Assembly (NCBI GenBank): GCA_002269645.1
Contig: NIVC01001615.1
Span: forward strand, 124,001-188,000
Reading direction: 5' to 3'
Source of the DNA: Macrostomum lignano
Taxonomy: Eukaryota
DNA: 64,000 bases
A program made the position numbers and the translations under genes. Below are positions 48,236 to 61,634 of this stretch, in pieces. The notes under the pieces were generated by a model. It searched no databases. It was not told the DNA's origin and was given only the letters and a program-made list of their open reading frames with translations. The stretch's first letter is position 1; the number at the start of each line of letters is the position of its first letter.

Positions 48236-51200
48236 TCAGTCTATCAGCGCCTCGGCCAGCACCCAGACCTCCTCCTTGGGCTTAGTCAGCAGGCCGAAGC
48301 TGGACACAGCCGTGTAGGTCTCGTCAACCAGCCGGAAGCGGAAGGCGGCCAGCAGGCGCGACAGCCACAGGGCCGTCTCGGCGTAGGCCAGCCGGTAGCC
48401 CGGGCACTTGCGGCGGCCAAAGCCGAAGGGTTCAAACAGCTGCTGGCCGGTCCACCTGTCCGGGTTGAAGTCGTCCGGCTCAGGGTAGGCCTCTGAGCAC
48501 ATGCCGGCCGCGCCGAGCGCTTGGATCACCGGGGTGCCGGCTGGCAGCTGCGAAGGGGGCAGGCGAGAGTGCTCGGAGATGAGGGATCAGGGTTACTCTG
48601 TCATTCCTGCTAGATTGCTGCTTTAGGAACTTTAGGTTAGATAGACTCACATTTCAGGTCTATGAATCGAGAAAATTATTTCTTTTCGGGTTTACTACGA
48701 GCTTTTTCCAACTATTTCTATTCTCAACTTTGCCAGAGATTTTTCCTCCTGGGATTTCCCTGCAAAATAGATTCCCTCCTGCTGGGATTTCCCTGCAAAA
48801 TAGATTCCCTCCTGGGATTTCCCTGCAAAATAGATTCCTTCCTGGGATTTCCCTGCAAAATAGATTCTCTCCTGGGATTTCCCTGCAAAATAGATTCTCT
48901 CCTGGGATTTCCCTGCAAAATAGATTCTCTCCTGGGATTTTCCTGCATAATAGATTCTCTTTCCCGGGATTTCCCTGCAAAATAGATTCTCCCTCCTGGG
49001 ATTTCCCTGCGAAATAGATTCTCCCCCTGGGATTTCCCTGCGAAATAGATTCTCCCTCCTGGGATTTGCCAGCAAAATAGATTCTCCCGGCTGGGATTTC
49101 CCTGCCAAATAGATTTTCCCTCCTTGGATTTCCCTGCAAAATAGATTCTCCCGCCTGGGATTTGCCAGCGAAAAAGATTCCCTCCTGGGTTTTCCCTGCA
49201 AAATAGATTCTCTCCTGGGATTCCTCTGCGAAAGAGATTCTCCCTCTTGGGAATTCCCAGCTAAAAATACTTCTGGAATTTCCCTGCCTAATAGATTCTC
49301 CCTCCTGGGATTCCCCTGCAAGAGATTCTCCCTCTTGGGAATTCACAGCTAAAAATACTCCTTCTGGGATTTCCCTGAATAGATTTTCCCTCCTTGGATT
49401 TCCCTGCAAAATAGATTCTCCCGCCTGGGATTTGCCAGCGAAAAAGATTCTCCCCCTGGGTTTTCCCTGCAAAATAGATTCTCTCCTGGGATTCCTCTGC
49501 GAAAGAGATTCTCCCTCTTGGGAATTCCCAGCTAAAATACTTCTGGAATTTCCCTGCCTAATAGATTCTCCCTTCTGGGATATCCCTGCGAAATAGATTC
49601 TCCCTTCTGGGATTTCCCAGCGAAATAGATTCTTCCTCCTGGGATTTCCCTGCAAAATAGATTTTCCCTTCTTGGATTTCCCTGCAAAATAGATTCTCTC
49701 CTGGGATTCCTCTGCAAAAGAGATTCTCCCTCCTGGGATTCCCCTGCAAGAGATTCTTCCTCTTGGGAATTCCCAGCTAAAAATACTCCTTCTGGGATTT
49801 CCCTGCAAAAAATTCTCTTTTCTGGGAATCTGGGATTTCCCTGCGAAATGGATTTTTCCTGACGGGATTTCCCTGCAAAAGAGATTCTCGCTCTTGGGGT
49901 TTCCCTGTAAAAAATACTCGTGGGGTTTTCCTGCTTACGGTGTGGCCGCCGACCTCGACCTCGGTGTCGGACACCCGGGCAGCGAACGGGGCCAGACAGG
50001 ACAGCCGCATAGTTTCGTCAAGGAAGGCCCGATGGAAGGTCATCTGCCCGATGGCTGCCATGTTGGCCTCTCCGGCGGCGCCGAGGACCTCAGCGGACTC
50101 GGCCCGGAGCCGGTCGGCCAGGTTCGGGTGTTGGATAGCATAGTAGAGGGCCCAGAGCAGCAGGTAGCCGGAGGTGTGGAACCCGCCAACCATGTAGGTG
50201 ATCACATCGGATCGGAGAGCCTCCGCGTCCTTGGCGTGCAGCTCGATGGCCAGATCGGCGAAGGTCTTGTCAACGTCCGAGTCGAACTTCATGGCCGAGC
50301 GTCGGCGTACGGTTGAGTCCACGAATTCGTGCAGGTGCGAAAGGGCGTCGTTGAATGCCTGGATAGCATCGGGTAGGGCGTTGTGAGTTCAATTACAATG
50401 GCTAAATGTAACACCTGCTTTTAGTCTTAAGCTCAGGATTTGGATCTCTCTATCTGGGTTCTTCATAGCTGGATTCGGGATCTTCATGTTTGGAATTGGG
50501 ATCTTCATGTTTGGATTCGAGATCTTCATATTTGGAATCGGGATCTTCATGTTTGGAATTGGGATCTTCATGTTTGGAATTGGGATCTTCATATTTGGAA
50601 TTGGGATCTTCATGTTTGGAATTGGGATCTTCATGTTTGGAATTGGGATCTTCATGTTTGGATTCGAGATCTTCATATTTGGAATTGGGATCTTCATATT
50701 TGGAATCGGGATCTTCATGTTTGGAATTGGGATCTTCATATTTGGAATCGGGATCTTCATATTTGGAATCGGGATCTTCATGTTTGGAATTGGGATCTTC
50801 ATATTTGGAATCGGGATCTTCATGTTTGGAATTGGGATCTTCATATTTGGAATCGGGATCTTCATATTTGGAATCGGGATCTTCATGTTTGGAATTGGGA
50901 TCTTCATATTTGGAATCGAATCCTATTTGAGTTGGGTATTCGGGATCAGAATCCCAACAGTCGCGCACCTGGACGCGATGATCGCCAGCCTCGGGCTCTC
51001 CCTGAGTCAGACGCGCCTCCATCTCGTTCCAAGCGAGATCGTAGCAGGATTTTAATTGAGCCACCTGAGTATGGGATTTGGGATGAAGAATAAGCAATTA
51101 GGAAATTAGAAAGCGTTTTATTACAGAAACATATTTGCTGTACAAGCAGCAAAAACAGCCACCTGCTCATCGGGCAGGCTGGCGCTGTCGGGCTCGACTG

Positions 51201-54200
51201 TCACTCGAAGAATCGCTTTGATGGCCAGGCCAATGCAGAAGCGGGACAGCGGTATTCGCTCGCCCTTGGCGGCCATGGCCCGCAGCTTCTCAATCAGCTC
51301 GTCTGCGCACTCGTCCAGCACGGGGAAGGTCCGGCCGACGGCCTCGTGCGAGAAGGCCCGGTCGAAAGTGTTCCGCCGGGTGCGGCCGTCCAGCCCGTTG
51401 GCGTATTGGATGGACTTCGGGCCTGAGAATTAGGGGCATTTATTTGGGGATCTGGGAGGTATGTGGCCCAGCAACTGAGAATTTGGGATGCTGTGGCCTA
51501 GCAGCTGAGGATCTGGAAGGCTGGCCCAGAAACTGAGGATCTGGGAGGTTGGCCCAGCAACTGACACTCTGGGAGGCTGGCCCAGCAACTGACACTCTGG
51601 GAGGCTGGCCCAGAAACTGAGGATCTGGGAGGCTGGCCCAGCAAATGAGGATCTGGGAGGGTGGCGGTGGCCCAGCAGCTGAGGATCTGGGAGACTGTGG
51701 CCTAGCAACTGAGGATCTGGGAGGTTGTGGCCTAGCAACTGAGGATCTGGAGGGTGGCGGTGGCCCAGCAGCTGAGGATCTGGGAAACTGTGGCCTAGCA
51801 ACTGAGGATCTGGGAGGTTGTGGCCTAGCAACTGAGGATCTGGGAGGCTGTGGCCTAGCAACTGAGGATCTGGGAGGTTGTGGCCTAACAACTGAGGATC
51901 TGGTAGAGTGGCGGTGGCCCAGAAGCTGAGGATCTGGGAGGTTGTGGCCTAGCAGCTGAGGATCTGGAAGGCTGGCCCAGAAACTGAGGATCTGGGAGGT
52001 TGGCCCAGCAACTGACACTCTGAGAGGCTGGCCCAGCAACTGACACTCTGAGAGGCTGGCCCAGCAACTGACACTCTGGGAGGCTGGCCCAGAAACTGAG
52101 GATCTAGGAGGCTGGCCCAGCAAATGAGGATCTGGGAGGCTGGCCCAGCAACTGAGGATCTGGGAGGTTGTGGCCTAACAACTGAGGATCTGGTAGAGTG
52201 GCGGTGGCCCAGAAGCTGAGGATCTGGGAGGTTGTGGCCTAGCAGCTGAGGATCTGGAAGGCTGGCCCAGAAACTGAGGATCTGGGAGGTTGGCCCAGCA
52301 ACTGACACTCTGAGAGGCTGGCCCAGCAACTGACACTCTGAGAGGCTGGCCCAGCAACTGACACTCTGGGAGGCTGGCCCAGAAACTGAGGATCTAGGAG
52401 GCTGGCCCAGCAAATGAGGATCTGGGAGGCTGGCCCAGCAACTGAGGATCTGGAAGGCTGGCCCAGAAACTGAGGATCTGGGAGGTTGGCCCAGCAACTG
52501 ACACTCTGGGAGGCTGGCCCAGCAACTGACACTTTGGGAGGCTGGCCCAGAAACTGAGGATCTGGGAGGCTGGCCCAGCAAATGAGGATCTGGGAGGGTG
52601 GCGGTGGCCCAGCAGCTGAGGATCTGGGAGACTGTGGCCTAGCAACTGAGGATCTGGGAGGTTGTGGCCTAGCAACTGAGGATCTGGGAGGCTGTGGCCT
52701 AGCAACTGAGGATCTGGGAGGTTGTGGCCTAGCAACTGAGGATCTGGGAGGCTGGCGGTGGAGAAGCGGATAAATTCTCACGCCTACATATGTCCGGTTC
52801 TCAATGCTGCATTCAAAACAATAATCATGTGATTTTACCATTACTTTCTTAGCAGTTTTTTATATCAGTAAAAGAAAAATGAGTCCAAAGTGTCGAGGCC
52901 AGGCTCCCTTATCCTCAGCAAGCTACCTAAGCCAAGGCCAAAACTCGAATAATCAGCCACACTCACCAATGAGCGGCTCGAACAGTTTAAACAGCTCAGG
53001 CGGCCTGTCAAACAAGCGCACGGTCTGTCGCATGAGCTCACTGCTGGCCAGGCTCACCACAAACTGCTGGCCGAAGTAGAATCCGGCCAGGGGGCCATGC
53101 TCAGCGTGCAGATCGCATAGGAACTCGTGTAGGCTGCCCGCTTTGCCAATGTCTGGCAAATTGCCAAGGCTGATACAATGGAAGAATGTGTTTAATCCAA
53201 TATTAGATGGCCTATTAAACTAATAAAGCACATTTATTATTGAGATATTTTAGGAGGACTTACAGCTTGTCGCTAGGAGGTGGGCCTGGAATGTCTGTCT
53301 TCTTCTTGGCACCCTAGAATTGGTTAAATGAATGAAAAAAACTTCTATTAGCAAAGAAACTACTAAAGAAAATTATACTGATTTCTAGGTTTTTAATTCA
53401 AATCTTTTATTTTTTAATGTTCATATTTCTCCCATTTTAGGCAATTCTGAGTTTATCTAGGTTTTTTTAAGTAATAGGCACCCTGATTAAAAGCCCTTGT
53501 TTATTGCATTATTTCAAAAAAGGGCAAACTTAAAGAATACAATACTTTGTAAAGTGTTTAATCAATGTTACCATTTATGACCCACTCATTTAAACTATCA
53601 ATATATTATTCAGCTATATACTTAGTTAAAACACTAAATTTTATTATAAACATCTTCTCTATAAAAGTAAATGTTGTTATATTATATATTGCATAAGCCC
53701 CCTAGAAGCCATTTTGCAGATGGTGGGTGTTTGCCGGAAAATTCCAGCATACACTTGATTTCTGTGGCAAGTGGCGTATACCAGTGTACATTTCTTGGCT
53801 GTGTACAGTGTGGCATACAGTGTGGTGTATGGCGACTAGCATAGAAATTAATATAAAGAATTTTTTGTGCTTTTTCTGTGTTAAGTTATTTCAAAAACCA
53901 TTTTTCTGCTACTATTTTCTCATTTACCAATCATTTTAATTACTGGAATTGTCACAACTATTGTCATGTCAAGTTATCAATTTTTTGTAGTTTAAGTTTA
54001 AATTTAAATTTAAATATTTGTTGATTTTTTTACCATTTTTTAAGTTGGCGTACATTTAAAATCTGTTGGCGTACAATTGAAAATTCAATAAAAATGTGTC
54101 CAGCGTACACAGAAAACCTTCCACAATATGGCCTAGAAGTTTTCAATGTGGCTAGCATAAATTGTGGCAACTCATGGGCAAGGGTCAATTGCAAAACTGA

Positions 54201-54557
54201 CTATTGTATCAAAAAAAAGAATAGCCTAGAAGGAAAAGAACAATAAAGAAGAGGGAAAAAATAAAGTGGCACTGGAAAGCAAATAAGGCAAACAATAAGC
54301 AAAGTCCAAAGAGTAAAAAACTAAGCAAGTTGCAACAGAAGCAAACTAAGTCGCATTATGGTAAAAACCAAGTCATACAGCCAATTTAATTTCAGAGGTC
54401 GAGCATGTATGCATTTTTCCCTTTATTAAAATACATAATTAAAAAATAGTTTTTAGATTCATGAGTTTAGTTCACTTACAGGGGAAGCATACAGAAGAAA
54501 CCCGACAAGTGCCAAAATGAACAGTGCGGCAAATCCAACTACAAAAAAACTAATCAT
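48236..54557 (-). CDS. CYP20A1: Cytochrome P450 20A1 orthologue, 472 aa, 7 exons: 54557-54480, 53313-53264, 53169-52967, 51422-51163, 51064-50969, 50358-49939, 48547-48236
   Basis: N-terminal TM anchor; GNLPDIGKAGSLHEFLCDLHAEHGP ~ CYP20A1 GNLPDIVNSGSLHEFLVNLHERYGP; I-helix GGFHTS; ETMR; PDRW; heme FGFGRRKCPG; C-terminal TKPKEEVWV. All junctions are GT-AG and sum to 1419 nt in frame. Confidence 0.9.
48735..49925. repeat. Minisatellite, 30-33-bp unit (CTGGGATTTCCCTGCAAAATAGATTCTCCCTC) in CYP20A1 intron 6
   Basis: Dozens of diverged copies. Confidence 0.94.
50470..50935. repeat. Minisatellite, 21-bp unit (GGGATCTTCATRTTTGGAATY) in CYP20A1 intron 5
   Basis: ~22 copies. Confidence 0.96.
51455..52755. 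repeat. Composite minisatellite, 28-33-bp units (GGCCYAGCAACTGAGGATCTGGGAGGYT) in CYP20A1 intron 3
   Basis: Variant units with a higher-order duplication (the TGGTAGAGTGGCGG block at ~51901 and ~52191). Confidence 0.94.
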
Positions 54558-56639
54558 GTTGCAACATAAAGCGGAGTGCTTTACTCTAGCTGGATATGTG
54601 TCTTTTCTTTGACAAAACCTTTCAAAGTCTACAAAAAAATTGCCACGCCACGTTAAATAGTAGATTTCCAAGAAAACATTGCATTTAAAATTTCGCTTAA
54701 CGCGTAATAGTTTACATGTACTTTTATTTCTGGAAAAGTATTACGGATCTGAAAAGCAGTTTTACTTACAATTTTTCGGAGTCTCATGTAGTTGATTTTT
54801 TATCGTGTCTACTGATATATCAGTTAAAATCCGTGTCTTGCAGAACACAGAACACTAAATAGACATAAAGTGTATTCGCCCAATGTACACAATCACCCGA
54901 CGGTAACCGACTAGCTAAACCGGAACTTTCGAAATCGGGCTTCCGACTAGAAGGGGCTTAGCACTTACCTGCCAACTAGTGTCTCGAAGTCTCGAAGTCA
55001 TAGCCGATGATAAGGGACCCTGCTGGGACTTGATCGCATTGGCCATGCAGGTTACAGAGGGGACTTGTGTTGGAGATACTTGCAGTGGCGAGACTATGGG
55101 GTAGCTACATGTTCCATTACATTGCAAAATACAAGGTATTGCACTTTTGGCCTTCAACGCGCCAACCAGCCTCTCGTAGTGCTGATGATAGACTCACTCG
55201 AGCTTTAGAGACCGCATGATTCACCACCCGAGCTGCTTGGCGAATCTAGAGTGCACGGAAGTACACCTCTAGCGCCGATTTTGCAGTATTGGCGATTTTG
55301 CTAACCGATTTGATAGATTGGTCGACTGAGAACTGCCTTGCCATTGTTCCACTGTGACCGGCGCCTACTAGCTTAGCTCCTTATCTGGGCCATCGGGGAA
55401 CAAAGAAATAAAACCATGGCAATGGCAAAACCTGTCAGATTTAATCTTCTCACTGAATCACTTCACACCTCAGATTGAGTTAGAGAAATTAGGCTATTAA
55501 CAGTATTATTGAATGATTTCTGCTTCAATAACAGCACTACTGGACAAATTAGCAAAAGCGTGCGCCCAATCCAGCTACTTAAATAGGGGACAGATAAGGA
55601 ATCACTTAATCAAGCAAATCTAGGTAGCCTCTCACTCAACCAATCAGAAACTCAACAGCCGGAGACCAGGTAATCCACAGTGACCGAATCGGCTTAGTGC
55701 TTCGCAGCTGTAGGCCCGGGATGATGCTGTCACAATCGCTGCAGATAGCTAGAAGAAGGTGATGCTCTTAACCTCGATGCTTGATGCAATCGACCGGGGG
55801 AGACGTCCTTGCGATGATGAGGGGGGTTGTCGCAATCCGGGGATCAAGAGACAACGGTCGTGACTCCAGAATGGGAGCCGTCAACGTAAAGTGGGTCGAG
55901 TCCAGGGAGCCCGAAGGTTGAGTCATAAATCACTTTTGAGGTGTTGTCAAAAATCACTCGAAATCGCTAAATTATGATTTATGACTTTTCGCGTAGGAAT
56001 TACAAAAATCAATGAAAAAATATGCATTAGAAAGATCTTATTAAGTAGAAGGTGAATATGATGAAGAGAAATCGCTAATCGCTAATCCCAAAGTACTTTT
56101 AGGGCTAAAACGCATAGCTGTCAGAGCTGTCAAACGCTTGAGTGAACACGAACAATAGGCTCTGACCTCATAAATCTGATGGCCTGTCAAAAATGATGAG
56201 AAAAAAGCTATCCTCACAGACCATTTGGCGCCAGCCCCAACACGGAGTGAGGCGCAGGTGGCTGTCAGACGTGCTCACAAGCAATGATTTATGACCCCAA
56301 AAATAGCGAAAAACCGCGCCCATGTTATAATGACTACAAATATGGCAAAACCATATAGCTACACAAATCCTACTAGTATGAATTCTAGGAAAATTACATA
56401 AAAAGAAGAAAAATGCCCGTAGCCTGCTGTTAGTAGGCTAACAAGTTTGGAACCCATGTGCGAGCGTGAGATTTGGAAAAGAAGTGCGTCCTCATCACTT
56501 CAGTAATTTTGTTCTATAGTTAAAAGCCTTGTGTCAGTTAATTATTAATAGTATTAATAGTATTACTACACTTTTTCTCCCTATACTTTGCTCCCCTTCC
56601 TAATCCCATGCTTTCCACCTATTTGACCCTTGGTTTCCT

Positions 56640-57460
56640 TGTTTCCTAACCCCTGGTTTCACTCTCTCTTGACCCCTAACTGCCCTTGCTTTCAACTACT
56701 AGCTGTGCTCCTTCTTGACCCCTAACTGCCCTTGCTTTCAACTACTAGCTTTGCTCCTTCTTGACCCTTGGCTTCCCTCCCTCCTGACTCATGGCTTCCC
56801 TCTCCCTTACATACAGCTTCTCTCCCCCTGACCCACAGCTTCTCTCCCCCTGACCCACAGCTTCCCTCCCTCCTGAACCATGGCTTCCCTCCCTCCTGAC
56901 CCATGGCTTCCCCCCTCCTGACCCATGGCTTCTCCCCCTCCTGACCCACAGCTTCTCTCTCCCTGACATACAGCTTCTTTCCCCCTGACCCACAGCTTCT
57001 CTCTCCCTAACCCACAGCTTCCATCCTGACCCGCAGCTTTCCAATTCCCCTAACCCACAGCTTCTCTCTCCCTAACCCACAGCTTCCATCCTGACCCACA
57101 GCTTTCCTTCCCCTGACCCACAGCTTCTCTCCGCCTGACCCACAGCTTCTCTCCCCCTGACCCACAGCTTCTCTCCCCCTGACCCACAGCTTCTCTCCCC
57201 CTGACCCACAGCTTCTCTCTCCCTGACCCACAGCTTCTCTCCCCTGACCCACAGCTTCTCTCTCCCTGACCCACAGCTTCTCTCTCCCTGACCCGCAGCT
57301 TTCCAATTCCCCTGACCCACAGCTTCCCTCCTTCCTGACTCGCAGCTTCCCTTCCTCCTGACCCACAGCTTTCCCCTGACCCGCAGCTTCTCTCCCTCCT
57401 GACTCGTAGCTTCCCTTCCTCCTGACCCACAGCTTTCCCCTGACCCGCAGCTTCTCTCCC
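56640..57460. repeat. Minisatellite, ~21-23-bp unit (CTGACCCACAGCTTCTCTCCCC)
   Basis: Seen directly. Confidence 0.92.
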
Positions 57461-58369
57461 TCCTGGCTTGCTATTTTGCCCCCTGCTCTGTCTTTTTGCT
57501 CTGACTCCTACTGTCTGCTCTACCTTGCTCCTTCCCTTGCTGTGCTCCCTGCTCTTCTGCCCCTGCTCTGCCCCTGCTTTGCTCTCTGCTCTGCCCCTCT
57601 GCTGTCTGCTCTACCCTGCTGCTCTGCCCCCTGCTAAAGTATTTTCGTATTGGTACCGAGCAGCGCAGCTTATTGAAAGCACATTCGTCCTTCAGAGAAA
57701 GCTACCGGTAGAGCCCAGCTGCTGAACCATTGGCATCTTTGCTATGGTCTCTGGCGCGATTGGTCTAGCACCATGCAAGCAGGAGTTCACCTACAAAAAC
57801 TATCCAAGCTTTCTACTATATGTGCACACTGAGCTGGAATAAGTTTGCGACCGTGTGCGCTGATGCGCTGACATCAGGTGCAAACGCTGCGACCGGCGAA
57901 AGACTGCAGCTGGCTCCGCTTAAGCAGCCGCCTCGAGCAACGCTGCAGCGGCCGGGTCTGCCGCTGGTTCCGCTTAAGCAGCCGCCTCGAGCGAACGCTT
58001 CATTCAGTCGGTGCAAAGCGTACCATACCCTTCAGCAATGCGGTTGTCGTAGCTCGTACTTCAGTATAAAAGTTAGCTCAGGATGAAACAGTCATTGTAA
58101 GGATTAAGCTGTCTTAAGCTGTCAGCAAAGGAAAACTCGTATAATTGACGGTTCAGTTTAGCTCTATTTTCAGTCAACTTTTTAACTTTGGTTACCTGTA
58201 ACCCTTGTTCTACTTTTAGCCATGGCTTGTAAGTTTGTCGCTCCTGTACTGTATGCATGCAGTAGTACCGCCGGCCACCGTTAGTTTCCCTAGTCACCAA
58301 TAGCCATAACACAAAAGCCATGCACTCACAAAGCCATAACAGATTTTCGCAAAAGGCGGGGAGAGCGGG

Positions 58370-60897
58370 AGAAGGTGGCGGCAGCTGAGAGTGAGAAGGT
58401 GGCGGCAGCTGAGAGTGAGAAGGTGGCGGTAGCTGAGAGTGAGAAGGTGGCGGCAGCTGAGAGTGAGAAGGTGGCGGCAGCTGAGAGTGAGAAGGTGGCG
58501 GCAGCTGAGAGTGAGAAGGTGGCGGCAGCTGAGAGTGAAAAGGTGGCGGTAGCTGAGAGTGAGAAGGTGGCGGTAGCTGAGAGTGAGGTGGCGGCAGCTG
58601 AGAGTGAGGTGGCGGCAGCTGAGAGTGAGAAGGTGGCGGCAGCTGAGAGTGAGAAGGTGGCGGCAGCTGAGAGTGAGAAGGTGGCGGCAGCTGAGAGTGA
58701 GAAGTTGGCGGCAGCTGAGAGTGAGAAGGTGGCGGCAGCTGAGAGTGAGAAGGTGGCGGCAGCTGAGAGTGAGAAGGTGGCGGCAGCTGAGAGTGAGAAG
58801 GTGGCGGTAGCTGAGAGTGAGAAGGTGGCGGCAGCTGAGAGTGAGAAGGTGGCGGCAGCTGAGAGTGAGAAGGTGGCGGCAGCTGAGAGTGAGAAGGTGG
58901 CGGCAGCTGAGAGTGAGAAGGTGGCGGCAGCTGAGAGTGAGAAGGTGGCGGCAGCTGAGAGTGAGAAGGTGGCGGTAGCTGAGAGTGAGAAGGTGGCGGC
59001 AGCTGAGAGTGAGAAGGTGGCGGTAGCTGAGAGTGAGAAGGTGGCGGCAGCTGAGAGTGAGAAGGTGGCGGCAGCTGAGAGTGAGAAGGTGGCGGTAGCT
59101 GAGAGTGAGAAGGTGGCGGCAGCTGAGAGTGAGAAGGTGGCGGTAGCTGAGAGTGAGAAGGTGGCGGCAGCTGAGAGTGAGAAGGTGGCGGCAGCTGAGA
59201 GTGAGAAGGTGGCGGTAGCTGAGAGTGAGAAGGTGGCGGTAGCTGAGAGTGAGAAGGTGGCGGCAGCTGAGAATGAGAAGGTGGCGGTAGCTGAGAGTGA
59301 GAAGGTGGCGGCAGCTGAGAGTGAGAAGGTGGCGGCAGCTGAGAGTGAGAAGGTGGCGGTAGCTGAGAGTGAGAAGGTGGCGGCAGCTGAGAGTGAGAAG
59401 GTGGCGGTAGCTGAGAGTGAGAAGGTGGCGGTAGCTGAGAGTGAGAAGGTGGCGGCAGCTGAGAGTGAGAAGGTGGCGGTAGCTGAGAGTGAGAAGGTGG
59501 CGGTAGCTGAGAGTGAGAAGGTGGCGGTAGCTGAGAGTGAGAAGGTGGCGGTAGCTGAGAGTGAGAAGGTGGCGGCAGCTGAGAGTGAGAAGGTGGCGGC
59601 AGCTGAGAGTGAGAAGGTGGCGGTAGCTGAGAGTGAGAAGGTGGCGGCAGCTGAGAGTGAGAAGGTGGCGGCAGCTGAGAGTGAGAAGGTGGCGGCAGCT
59701 GAGAGTGAGAAGGTGGCGGCAGCTGAGAGTGAAAAGGTGGCGGTAGCTGAGAGTGAGAAGGTGGCGGTAGCTGAGAGTGAGGTGGCGGCAGCTGAGAGTG
59801 AGAAGGTGGCGGTAGCTGAGAGTGAGAAGGTGGCGGCAGCTGAGAGTGAGAAGGTGGCGGCAGCTGAGAGTGAGAAGGTGGCGGCAGCTGAGAGTGAGAA
59901 GGTGGCGGTAGCTGAGAGTGAGAAGGTGGCGGTAGCTGAGAGTGAGAAGGTGGCGGTAGCTGAGAGTGAGAAGGTGGCGGCAGCTGAGAGTGAGAAGGTG
60001 GCGGTAGCTGAGAGTGAGAAGGTGGCGGTAGCTGAGAGTGAGAAGGTGGCGGCAGCTGAGAGTGAGAAGGTGGCGGCAGCTGAGAGTGAGAAGTTGGCGG
60101 CAGCTGAGAGTGAGAAGGTGGCGGCAGCTGAGAGTGAGAAGGTGGCGGCAGCTGAGAGTGAGAAGGTGGCGGCAGCTGAGAGTGAGAAGGTGGCGGTAGC
60201 TGAGAGTGAGAAGGTGGCGGTAGCTGAGAGTGAGAAGGTGGCGGTAGCTGAGAGTGAGAAGGTGGCGGCAGCTGAGAGTGAGAAGGTGGCGGCAGCTGAG
60301 AGTGAGAAGGTGGCGGTAGCTGAGAGTGAGAAGGTGGCGGTAGCTGAGAGTGAGAAGGTGGCGGCAGCTGAGAATGAGAAGGTGGCGGTAGCTGAGAGTG
60401 AGAAGGTGGCGGCAGCTGAGAGTGAGAAGGTGGCGGCAGCTGAGAGTGAGAAGGTGGCGGTAGCTGAGAGTGAGAAGGTGGCGGCAGCTGAGAGTGAGAA
60501 GGTGGCGGTAGCTGAGAGTGAGAAGGTGGCGGTAGCTGAGAGTGAGAAGGTGGCGGCAGCTGAGAGTGAGAAGGTGGCGGTAGCTGAGAGTGAGAAGGTG
60601 GCGGTAGCTGAGAGTGAGAAGGTGGCGGTAGCTGAGAGTGAGAAGGTGGCGGTAGCTGAGAGTGAGAAGGTGGCGGCAGCTGAGAGTGAGAAGGTGGCGG
60701 CAGCTGAGAGTGAGAAGGTGGCGGCAGCTGAGAGTGAGAAGGTGGCGGCAGCTGAGAGTGAGAAGGTGGCGGTAGCTGAGAGTGAGAAGGTGGCGGCAGC
60801 TGAGAGTGAGAAGGTGGCGGCAGCTGAGAGTGAGAAGGTGGCGGCAGCTGAGTGAGAAGGTGGCGGTAGCTGAGAGTGAGAAGGTGGCGGTAGCTGA
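58370..60897. repeat. Minisatellite, 21-bp unit (GYAGCTGAGAGTGAGAAGGTGGCG-type), ~120 copies
   Basis: Exact 21-bp period; source of the four 800-970-aa ORFs in the track. Confidence 0.98.
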
Positions 60898-60944
60898 GTG
60901 TGGAATGTCTGACCAAAAGACTGTCGTACCGCAGAGCACGAGTA

Positions 60945-61614
60945 TGTAATACCTTCTGCATACTTAATATTTTCGTCACAATAAAGCATAAATTAGCTTG
61001 TAGGTGTTCAATTGTTAGGTTAGTTTTTGCGACTGTTGCTAAATCTTGTGGAAATGTTATTAAATCAGATTATCTGTGTTCTTTTCTCTTTTTTATCATA
61101 GTGTTGATTTGTGCCATTTTTATCATAGCACGACAAAGAGAAGCTAGGTGACAATTGGGATGTGCTTGTGCGAAAACTGAGAAATATAGTTTTGTTTTGC
61201 AATGAAAAGGTCTTATTGATGAAAGCGCCACATACATTTACATAATGTACGCTTGTACACATGTACACAAGCTCATGCGCATAATTGTACATGTTTAACT
61301 TCAGGTAGTTACTGTCTATTTTTAACAATTGAAATATTTCTTGCAGCGCTTGTGTGACTTCTGCAATATCGTGTACATGTACCCACAGTAGGATAAGCAG
61401 AGTAGAAAGGTGTATAAAATCGCTATATGCACTGTAGTGTAGTCTGGCACTTGGATGTGCACGTCTGGCTTGTTTTGGGGTTGGGTTTTGCGCTGCAGCG
61501 TGTGTGCTTAGGGTGGTTGCACCCACCCCAACTTTGGCAATAAATATATTGGCGTGAGCCAGTGAGGTCTCCTCACGTTTTGTTATTCACTGCAACTTAA
61601 CCCACGGTCTTACA
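60945..61614 (+). mobile_element. Putative 5' LTR of a Gypsy element (TGTAATACC...GGTCTTACA)
   Basis: TG..CA ends with an 8/9 inverted match; AATAAA near 61540; followed 1 nt later by the PBS. The 5' boundary is inferred without a second LTR. Confidence 0.55.
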
Positions 61615-61615
61615 C

Positions 61616-61628
61616 TGGTGGCAGCGGT
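61616..61628 (+). promoter_or_regulatory. Primer-binding site TGGTGGCAGCGGT, complementary to a tRNA-Leu 3' end (ACCGCTGCCA-CCA)
   Basis: Lies between the LTR-end CA and the gag ATG at 61635. Confidence 0.75.
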
Positions 61629-61634
61629 CTCAGT

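Noticed and set aside
46683-52841. Many overlapping 100-380-aa ORFs
   Set aside because: All derive from tandem arrays, mostly inside CYP20A1 introns.
54915-55157. Minus-strand ORF ending at a strong donor (CAG|GTAAGT near 54968) upstream of CYP20A1
   Set aside because: May be a non-coding 5' exon or part of another gene; no recognisable protein and no partner exon established.
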